DNA of 32,000 bases, taken from contig NC_011979.1 of the NCBI RefSeq assembly GCF_000022265.1, positions 3,090,001 through 3,122,000 of the forward strand, in the 5' to 3' direction. Source of the stretch: Geotalea daltonii FRC-32 (lineage in GTDB: Bacteria > Desulfobacterota > Desulfuromonadia > Geobacterales > Geobacteraceae). The notes under the pieces are model-generated. The model ran no database searches. It worked only from the letters and a program-made list of their open reading frames with translations, and was not told the origin of the DNA. The position numbers were made by a program, and so were the translations under genes. Shown one piece after another: positions 25,796 through 32,000 of this stretch; within the stretch, counting starts at the first letter, position 1; each line of letters begins with the position of its first letter.

Positions 25796-26197
25796 TCACC
25801 GCGCCAACTGCATAATCTGGTTGAGCCGGGCGCAGCATTCGGCAAACAGGTGGTCATCAAGGCGCTTGAGCGGGTGCGGCGCTCCATTGCGGATGCGCCA
25901 GTCAAAGGACTTGGGCTGGTGACAAAGGACATAGCTTGTTTTGCCGGTTTTTTTACCCTTGGCAAGACCGATGGCAACGGCAAAGGGGTTGTCGGAATTA
26001 TATTCCGCGGTGGTCATGGGAAGACCGATTACCAATGATGTCCGCTCGTTGAACGTCTGTGGCGAGATAACCAGAAACGGGTGAATGTCCCGCATTTCGT
26101 TGCCTGCCTGCGGGTTGCAGTTTATCCAGATGATATCCTGCCGGTCCGGAACCCACGGCTGCTTGCCGCCCGGCACCATTTTGAGCGGCTTTACCAT
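25796..26197 (-). CDS. mazF: Type II toxin, PemK/MazF family endoribonuclease
   Basis: 133 aa. PDRQDIIWINCNPQAGNEMRDIHPFLVISPQTFNERTSLVIGLPMTT is the typical MazF/ChpB core. The start overlaps the mazE stop (ATGGTAA). Confidence 0.85.
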   Translation of the reverse strand: MVKPLKMVPGGKQPWVPDRQDIIWINCNPQAGNEMRDIHPFLVISPQTFNERTSLVIGLPMTTAEYNSDNPFAVAIGLAKGKKTGKTSYVLCHQPKSFDWRIRNGAPHPLKRLDDHLFAECCARLNQIMQLAR

Positions 26198-26454
26198 TTT
26201 TCCGCGCCCAACGGTTCGACGGTCATTACTTCGCCGCCATGTTTTGCGGGATCAAACAGAGCAAGCCGCTGCTCAAGAGTCAGTTCCAACCCGTCAACCG
26301 GCGTGATGGTCACGGTGCCGTCATCGACGGAAACACGCACCATCTGATCGGGATGTAAATGAGCGGCTTTCGCCACATTTGCCGGCAAGCGAACCCCCAG
26401 ATTGTTGCCCCATTTTTTTATGCCAAGAACGGCTTCAACATGTGCCATGATCAA
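26191..26454 (-). CDS. mazE: Type II antitoxin, AbrB/MazE/SpoVT family
   Basis: 87 aa. IKKWGNNLGVRLPANVAKAAHLHPDQMVRVSVDDGTVTITPV matches the swapped-hairpin MazE/ChpS pattern. The RBS AGGAGG lies upstream. Confidence 0.85.
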   Translation of the reverse strand: MIMAHVEAVLGIKKWGNNLGVRLPANVAKAAHLHPDQMVRVSVDDGTVTITPVDGLELTLEQRLALFDPAKHGGEVMTVEPLGAEKW

Positions 26455-26463
26455 TCCTCCTGA

Positions 26464-26490
26464 GTATGTTTAAACACAGTATAAACATAC
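26464..26490. promoter_or_regulatory. Inverted repeat in the mazEF promoter region (candidate autoregulatory operator)
   Basis: GTATGTTTA-N9-TAAACATAC starts 10 nt upstream of the mazE start codon on the minus strand. Confidence 0.35.
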
Positions 26491-26569
26491 AGCCGCCATC
26501 CGTCAATCATTCTTCTTTCACGCCTGAAGCTCATTTTTAAAGGACAAGAAAGCAGCCGGCCGCTCTACG

Positions 26570-26938
26570 TTACGCTGCCGATAACCCATCATCTGCAACG
26601 ATCAGCATTTCCAGGTCGACTTTGAGGGTGCGGGCTATCTTATGCAGGAGTGTTACGGAAGATTTTCGTTTTCCAGATTCGATCTGGGAGATGGCGGCTG
26701 CGGTTACGCCGCACGCTTTTGCCAGGTCGGCCGCCGACAGGCGGCGGTATTCCCTCCAGACGCGAATTGGGTTCTCGCCATCCAGCAGGCGATCGACCAC
26801 CTCCGAGGGAATGACTTCTTCCTCTCCGGCGGCAAGGGCTTTAGTTGCCGAATCGAAGGCCCTCACGTCGGCCGGCATTTCCGCATCCGCCAGCAGGCTC
26901 CGGTATTCATCATAAGGTATGACGGCATATTCTTGCAA
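26570..26938 (-). CDS. XRE-family HTH protein, antitoxin-like (N-terminal extension plus Cro/C1 HTH)
   Basis: I prefer the TTG start at 26938 (M)QEYAVIPYDEY.... The HTH is LSAADLAKACGVTAAAISQIESGKRKSSVTLLHKIARTLKV. The longer ORF-track form (to 27019) overlaps the upstream pseudogene. Confidence 0.7.
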   Translation of the reverse strand: MQEYAVIPYDEYRSLLADAEMPADVRAFDSATKALAAGEEEVIPSEVVDRLLDGENPIRVWREYRRLSAADLAKACGVTAAAISQIESGKRKSSVTLLHKIARTLKVDLEMLIVADDGLSAA

Positions 26939-26993
26939 TCCTGACCCGAAAGGTCCCCCCAAAGATTCTACCCTACCTTTTTCCCTTCGGCAT

Positions 26994-27312
26994 TTATACG
27001 GCCGTAACGGTTGTGTCAATCCTCACGTGCATGGCCTTTTTAATGGTGGCGAAGATGGCTGCCAGGTTCTCCATTGTCGGGTTTCCGGAAGCGGAAAGCA
27101 TGCGATGGAGGCTTTTGCTCGGTTTGTGAACCTCTTCGGCCATGCGCTCGAAGCCGACCGTCGCGTTGATCAGGTCGCGCAAGATCAGTTTTGCAGTCGC
27201 GGAGTCACCATCCAGCAAAAGCTCAATTGCCTCGTTGAGCAGCGCTTTGGCAAAATCAGGGTCTTGTTCCGCCCTCTTCTTGATAGTCTCTTTAAAGTCT
27301 CGTCAGAGCCAT
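26994..27312 (-). pseudogene. HTH transcriptional regulator/antitoxin-like gene disrupted by an apparent 2-nt deletion after codon 5
   Basis: ATG at 27312 reads MALTR then L-stop. Shifting by 2 nt gives DFKETIKKRAEQDPDFAKALLNEAIELLLDGDSATAKLILRDLINATVGFERMAEEVHKPSKSLHRMLSASGNPTMENLAAIFATIKK..., a family I recall as starting MALTRDFKET. Confidence 0.6.
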
Positions 27313-27347
27313 ATATTACCTTCCTTATAATGCTTTCGCCCAGGCAT

Positions 27348-27728
27348 TTATGATGTTTGAAATTCTTCCTGGCCGTCCTTTTCCGCCTTGATCTGTTGTC
27401 GTTCGGCTTCTTCCTTAACCCGCTGCGCTTTCTCTATTTCCTACTGTTTACGCTCAATCTCTCGCTGTTGTTCACACTGTTGTCTCTGGATTTATTCCTT
27501 TCACACGGCAAGGATGATCGTTACACGTCTTCTTCGAAGAAATCAGAATCCGCCTTCTTTATCTCATAGACTGTCTCAACTGACACTCCGACACCATGAT
27601 CGATCATATACTTGGCTAACTGCCCGTCTATTATACGGGACGGCTACATCAATTTTAAATGCCCCCGCAGCTTTTCCAGGGACCTCCCGAAAGTAAAAGT
27701 TGTTTATCTCATTTGCTACAAGCTGCAT
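27348..27728 (-). pseudogene. Decayed coding remnant(s): three out-of-frame or stop-interrupted minus-strand pieces
   Basis: Piece 1 (27576..27728) is MQLVANEINNFYFREVPGKAAGAFKIDVAVP.... Piece 2 (27521..27637, another frame) is RIIDGQLAKYMIDHGVGVSVETVYEIKKADSDFFEEDV. Piece 3 (27348..27491) is the charged coiled-coil-like IQRQQCEQQREIERKQ-TAG-EIEKAQRVKEEAERQQIKAEK. None can be assigned to a family. Confidence 0.3.
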
Positions 27729-27765
27729 AACATTACCTCTACCGTATGAAATAAGACTACTTGTT

Positions 27766-28134
27766 TCATTCACTGTTAAGCCCAGCCGCCACATTCCTAA
27801 AGGAGGTTAACGCCGCTTCCAGGTGCTCGATTATTTCTGTTGCAAGGACGTCAGGCGGTGGCAGCTCATCCAAGTTATCCAGACTATCGTCCTTTAGCCA
27901 GAAGATATCGAGGCTGGCCTTGTCACGGGCAATGAGCTCATCATAGGTGAAATACTTGAAGCGCTCAGCTTCCTTGCGTTCGTGCCTATTCTCCGGGTTG
28001 TAACAGGTAATGAAGTCTTTTAGATCATCCTCTTTCAGTGTTCTGGTTTTCAGCGTGAAGTGCTTGTTTGTGCGGAGGTCATAAAACCAAATTCCATTGG
28101 TGTGTATTGACGACCGACTCACCCCGGATGTCAA
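27766..28134 (-). pseudogene. hsdM: 3'-terminal fragment of a type I restriction-modification methyltransferase gene (HsdM C-terminus only)
   Basis: GIWFYDLRTNKHFTLKTRTL...DKASLDIFWLKDDSLDNLDELPPPDVLATEIIEHLEAAL matches the conserved HsdM tail as I recall it for EcoKI-type HsdM (WVYDLRTN, LDISWLKD, LPEPDVLAAE). The methylase catalytic and SAM-binding part is absent upstream. Confidence 0.8.
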
Positions 28135-28170
28135 TATACTTTTCAGGACGATAATGGACGATAGATGAAC

Positions 28171-28199
28171 AAAAAGCCCTGATTTCTCAGGGCTTTTTG
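28171..28199. terminator. Perfect bidirectional rho-independent terminator at the hsdM truncation junction
   Basis: AAAAAGCCCTGA-TTTC-TCAGGGCTTTTT is a 9-bp stem flanked by A5 and T5. Confidence 0.7.
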
Positions 28200-28491
28200 T
28201 ACTGCTCCGGTCCTTACCGGACCTTTAATTGGGGGTGGCGACTATAGAACTGGCTGCCTAAGTGATTGTATAATAATAATTTTTGTTATGCCATATTGAA
28301 CGACTACCCCCAAATATACCCCCAACGTTTGTCCTTAACCTCTTTCCCTTTCGTAAAAAATAGCGCTCCTCATGGCAGGATTTGATTGTTCTGCATGCTG
28401 AGATGTCGCGTCCGGATGATTTTGCCATATAGCAGTAGAGCCTTGACTGCTTCACGGTAGTAAGGTGCCAATGGCGTACAGTATGGGAATT

Positions 28492-29310
28492 TTATTTTCC
28501 CAGCGGTACCTGTTGATTCTTCTTTGCCAAATATGATGCAATGGCGCAAGACATTCCTACTATGAGTTCTGCTTCGTCAAAAGAAGGATTGCTAGTTTCC
28601 CGTAGATGACGTGCGTTTTCGGAAGCGAATCCCCAAGCCTTTGAAACAGCATCATCAAGAGGGCGTGGAATCAGCCCAGCATATCGCTTCATAATATCAC
28701 CGAGAGTGGCCTTCTTATCGCCACAGGCCTCTCTTGCAACACACTCCATTGCGGCCATTGAATGCTGAATTGCTCCAGTAATATCAGGCACAGGACGTCG
28801 CGATAGATCGTGAAGTGACTCTTTCAACTCGTTTTTAGCCACAAAGAAGCCTGATCCTTGAAGCTGTTCAACGGCATTGTGAAATGTCTGCTCAAAGGTA
28901 GCGGGACCTCTTATCTCAATACCTGCTTCTGTAAGTTTCCAACCAATCCCATTTTCGATGAAGTATTCATTCATTTCATACTGAAATTTCTCGGGTGCAT
29001 ATGAAAAAGGTGTCTCGTTCATACATTGCGCGATTCCCTCGATTACATCATAAACGCGAAACCACTCACAATTGTCTATCAACTCACGAACTTCCCTGTC
29101 AATATTCGGGTATTCAGACCAGTTGCTCGTGTCGGGTCTCTTTCTGAGGATGCCGCACAAAAGAGAACGAAGGTTTGAGGGACCAAAACCGCATTGATAT
29201 GCAACTTGGATTACGACACCACGCAGTTCATGGGGGGCATCTTCTCGAACTGTGATTTCAGCCTCGGAAGCCTGACGATAACCAAATCTTTTTGAGAACA
29301 AATCACTCAT
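28492..29310 (-). CDS. Abortive-infection-type protein (AbiJ-NTD4-like N-terminus, Abi_C/HEPN-like C-terminus); family label tentative
   Basis: 272 aa. The N-terminus MSDLFSKRFGYRQ... resembles the AbiJ N-terminal-domain-4 pattern (MxxFSxRxGy). The C-terminus AMECVAREA...KAWGFASENARHLRE is helical and recalls Abi_C/HEPN, but without a clean Rx4-6H motif. Confidence 0.6.
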   Translation of the reverse strand: MSDLFSKRFGYRQASEAEITVREDAPHELRGVVIQVAYQCGFGPSNLRSLLCGILRKRPDTSNWSEYPNIDREVRELIDNCEWFRVYDVIEGIAQCMNETPFSYAPEKFQYEMNEYFIENGIGWKLTEAGIEIRGPATFEQTFHNAVEQLQGSGFFVAKNELKESLHDLSRRPVPDITGAIQHSMAAMECVAREACGDKKATLGDIMKRYAGLIPRPLDDAVSKAWGFASENARHLRETSNPSFDEAELIVGMSCAIASYLAKKNQQVPLGK

Positions 29311-29331
29311 GACTTCACCTTCAATTCCTGA

Positions 29332-30201
29332 TTACGCTGCTCCGTTGCCTTCGGCAGCCTTCTCTTGAATCTGCTTCAACGTCTCCCCTTTGCTGTTCTT
29401 CCACTCAATTCTGCCGTTAGCACTTCTCCCAAGAGCAACACCTGCAGCGGTTGAAGGAGAGTTAAAAAAGTAGTCTTGAGTAAATTCTAAAACATCTCCT
29501 TTTTCGGTAAGCACCCCGGTCTCTCGCAATTCACGCCTAAGAACAGACATATAGTGATGGATTGAAGGTACTTCCGCCTTCACTGCCTGCGACCCTTCTT
29601 TAATATTGAATCCTTCGGGAGATTCATAGCCAGTGGCCTTTATCCCTTTCGATTCTAATGTCAGTAGCTGGTGTTTCCCTACGTTCGTTGACTCGACTCT
29701 CTGGAAGGCACTGAGGCCGACCAAAGGAAAGATGCTGAGCATGTCCTCCAAAAAACTTTCCACATCTGCAACTTCTGCTTCGGAAAGGGAAGGATTCTGT
29801 GGCTCATTGAGATTGTCGAAAAATGACCTCTTAGCTTCCCGCGCTATACGAACTAGCTGTGCTTCCAGATGCTGCACATGCGCCTTGTTCAGCGATCGAT
29901 CTTTCGAGACGAAAAACATGGCCCAAGTCCAAAAGTCTTTTTTCGAAAAATGTTGCTCAAGTCGCCCCTTAACAGGATCTCCTTCACCAATGTAAATCCT
30001 TGGCAGCTCACCCTCTTCTGATGGTCCTACCAGCACATATACGCCCGTTTCCTGAAATTCATCTCTTTTCTTGATGTCGGGGAGTAATGAGCGTGGAAAA
30101 ACAACGCCTCGCCCAGTCCAGTTTGACTTGTCAACAATGCGAAGCCCGTCAGGTTGGCCATAAGGCAGGAATATCTTGATCGAAAATGGTCTTTCTGGCA
30201 T
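29332..30201 (-). CDS. GIY-YIG nuclease family protein with DUF4357-like C-terminal domain
   Basis: 289 aa. It has GVYVLVG...RIYIGEGDPVKGRLEQH...FWTWAMFFVS...VQHLEAQLV (GIY-YIG core). The C-terminal ...FNSPSTAAGVALGRSANGRIEWK fits DUF4357. The RBS GGAGG lies upstream. Confidence 0.8.
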   Translation of the reverse strand: MPERPFSIKIFLPYGQPDGLRIVDKSNWTGRGVVFPRSLLPDIKKRDEFQETGVYVLVGPSEEGELPRIYIGEGDPVKGRLEQHFSKKDFWTWAMFFVSKDRSLNKAHVQHLEAQLVRIAREAKRSFFDNLNEPQNPSLSEAEVADVESFLEDMLSIFPLVGLSAFQRVESTNVGKHQLLTLESKGIKATGYESPEGFNIKEGSQAVKAEVPSIHHYMSVLRRELRETGVLTEKGDVLEFTQDYFFNSPSTAAGVALGRSANGRIEWKNSKGETLKQIQEKAAEGNGAA

Positions 30202-30210
30202 TTCGCCTCC

Positions 30211-30949
30211 TTAGATCATCAACATTTCAAATGGTGCAGTTTTTATAACTTTAGTCTGATATGCAATATGGTCCTTACTAGCAGCAAAATACACCAGGGA
30301 GGTTTTTGTTGCATCTTCCCTCAGAATCACCCGAACTCCCAGATCTGGCTTCGATGGCACCAGTGCTATACCCCCTAGCCCGGCGCTTTTTGCGCCTATC
30401 ATCAAGCCAGGATCAATCACCATACCATGTAAGGTTTCACCAGTAGCCAGAACCCAGTTCAGCCAGTCCATCTCACTTGAACTCATGGGTCCAATGCTTG
30501 CTTTTGCTTCTTCTTCAACTACCTTATCACCCTTTATAACCTGAGCAAGGGCGACCATAAGAGCATTAGTACGGACCCTCTCGTCCCGTTCTTCGCTCGA
30601 CTCCTGATATGGCTTTTTCAATGTAACGCGGATGCCACTGTCCCAGGCAAGCCAGAGGATTAGACCTTTTAGCCGGGCCAATTCATCAGCGTCAGCCAAA
30701 TCTTCAGATGGGTAGATAATAGAATTTGGTGCCTCGAAAAGATTCCTCGCGATACCCGAGGCAGTCTTCGCTCCACTTGTTGCGATGGTGGCAGCAACAG
30801 TTCCATTCGGACTTACTGCATCAAAAGTCAAAATAGCCACCGGACGTCAAAAGAATCCTTTCTCGATAAAACGGCATGCCGAACTGCTTCTGCATCCATT
30901 CACGACGGACCCAATCTTCGACTTCTAATTGCACCCTTGTGTCAGCCAC
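30211..30949 (-). pseudogene. Hypothetical protein gene with a frame break (42 codons from GTG 30949, then the 209-codon ORF 30211..30840)
   Basis: GGAGG lies 6 nt before GTG 30949. Frame A reads VADTRVQLEVEDWVRREWMQKQFGMPFYRERILLTSGGYFDF-TGA and frame B continues (A)ILTFDAVSPNGTVAATIATSG.... The frames overlap at 30821-30840, which contains two 4-nt homopolymer runs. This could be a sequencing error, in which case the gene is an intact CDS of about 245 aa. Confidence 0.55.
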
Positions 30950-30965
30950 TCACAACCTCCACATT

Positions 30966-32000
30966 TTATGTCGTAAGCTCCGTCAGCAATGCTTCAAGCT
31001 TTGCTGGCTCCTGCATGATGGTTAATGTCAGATTTCTGATAATATTATTTGCTTCAGGGGGATTTTCGTCAGCAATTTTTAGCTGCAGCTCCTGCAGCTC
31101 AGAACCAATATCAACAGTTGTTGCTTGAATTGAGCCTCTACGTATCTGTCCTCGAAGACTGTTTTTATAAGAACGTGTTTGCATTTTGAATTCAGATGTC
31201 CAGCGACTGGAAAGGTTGATCAACCGATCGAGCCTCTTAACTCGTTCAGTGTGCTCAACTGCCGTTGGCATTATCTTAATCTGCGTCATCTGGTGACGTG
31301 GCTCAAAACATCCATGGGCTGAACGGAACACCGGGTGAAACCATTCATCAAACGCATTCCCTGCATTATCCCAAACGGGTTTTTCTCCTTTATTTGCTCG
31401 TTTATTACAATCATGGCAAATGGGGATAAGATTGTGTGATGCTGTAGATAGCCCCGGGAAGTGTTTCTTCGCAATCCAGTGGTCTACTTCTGGAGATACG
31501 AATGGACCATCGCACAATATGCATGATCTTTCACCATGTTCAGCTTTAAATGCATCAGCAAACGATTGCCTGTTAACACCTCCTGCTGCAACAGGATCTC
31601 CATTTTGATCAAAAGGTACGCCCTCCCCTAGCCCTTTATTGTAAAACTCTATCAAAAGCTCTTTAACTGCGTTCCAACCATCATCACTACAAACCGGTTT
31701 AATTGGCCAAGCTGGAGGAGGATTCTGAAACTGATTTGCCGTATTGTTACTCGCATCCAACCAACAAACTAAGCTGTTTTTTTCCGTCACCGACAGAGCC
31801 GCGATTGTTATTGCTCTGGAAAGCAAAGTCTTTTCTTTATGTTCTTTATTAAGAAATGCGACCAACCAATCACCAACAATAGGGCTTGCATGCAAGGCAC
31901 GCAAATTAGCTGCAGTGACATCCGCTGCAACACGAGTTGCCTCGCACAACCAAAGGATGAGACTTGTTTGAAGAGAATGACAAGCGTCAAGTGCTGGCTG
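30966..32000 (-). CDS. HNH endonuclease-domain protein, 5'-partial (the frame is open to the right edge of the window)
   Basis: The HNH core is CILCDG...EVDHWIAKKHFPGLSTASHNLIPICHDCNKR (about 31398-31523). I checked by hand that the frame has no stop between 31949 and 32000 (QPALDACHSLQTSLILW...), so the ORF-track TTG start at 31949 is probably not the true start. Confidence 0.8.
   Translation of the reverse strand, partial: QPALDACHSLQTSLILWLCEATRVAADVTAANLRALHASPIVGDWLVAFLNKEHKEKTLLSRAITIAALSVTEKNSLVCWLDASNNTANQFQNPPPAWPIKPVCSDDGWNAVKELLIEFYNKGLGEGVPFDQNGDPVAAGGVNRQSFADAFKAEHGERSCILCDGPFVSPEVDHWIAKKHFPGLSTASHNLIPICHDCNKRANKGEKPVWDNAGNAFDEWFHPVFRSAHGCFEPRHQMTQIKIMPTAVEHTERVKRLDRLINLSSRWTSEFKMQTRSYKNSLRGQIRRGSIQATTVDIGSELQELQLKIADENPPEANNIIRNLTLTIMQEPAKLEALLTELTT

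Noticed and set aside
27357-27696. Plus-strand ORFs of 70 and 102 aa with Leu/Phe/Ser-rich low complexity
   Set aside because: They are mirror frames of the charged coiled-coil-like minus-strand remnant. They have no start context or motifs.
28229-28255. TGGGGGTGGCGACTATAGAAC, considered as a tRNA or tmRNA 3'-end fragment (att site) at the island junction
   Set aside because: The reverse complement lacks a canonical T-loop (GTTCRANYC) and a proper acceptor or CCA arrangement, so the resemblance is superficial.
28258-28455. 65-aa minus-strand ORF between the AbiJ-like gene and the terminator
   Set aside because: It lies in a very AT-rich spacer, has no RBS, and its composition is implausible for a protein. 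A small toxin or antitoxin cannot be fully excluded.

Overview
This 32-kb chromosomal window probably comes from a Geobacter/Desulfuromonas-like deltaproteobacterium; that assignment is inferred from gene content only. Positions 1 to about 25.7 kb are mostly core genes. They are a partial NUDIX gene, a queD-queE-creatininase operon, a hybrid sensor kinase with an NMT1-type binding protein, nhaA, tRNA-Cys, pgsA, an SLT transglycosylase, nadB, a free-standing chorismate mutase translationally coupled to a free-standing DAHP-synthase-type regulatory domain, tRNA-Ala, tRNA-Leu, asmA, a TreT-like glycosyltransferase, a lipoprotein, htpX, a PGPGW protein, a zinc-ribbon/RHH/Tim44-like trio, ppiC, a spermidine-synthase-like methyltransferase, an SRPBCC protein, an aminotransferase, an OFA-type MFS transporter behind a sigma-54-type promoter, and an orphan TadG-like protein. 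From about 25.75 kb to the right edge the window becomes an accessory, defence-type island. It holds intact mazEF, an orphan XRE antitoxin-like gene, an HTH gene broken by a 2-nt deletion, a decayed stretch, and a 3' stub of a type I R-M hsdM gene that ends at a perfect bidirectional terminator. It also holds a tightly packed, lower-GC four-gene minus-strand cassette: an HNH-containing protein open at the window edge, an unknown protein with a frame break, a GIY-YIG/DUF4357 nuclease and an AbiJ/HEPN-like protein. This cassette is my best candidate for an undescribed anti-phage system. Other observations are two ~185-bp copies of a highly self-complementary MITE-like element in short intergenic spacers (one supplies the stop codon of the binding-protein gene), a ~156-nt imperfect hairpin after the MFS gene, and a terminator-containing leader with a coupled small ORF upstream of nhaA. 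No CRISPR array or rRNA gene was seen. All product calls rest on motif recognition by eye, with no database search.
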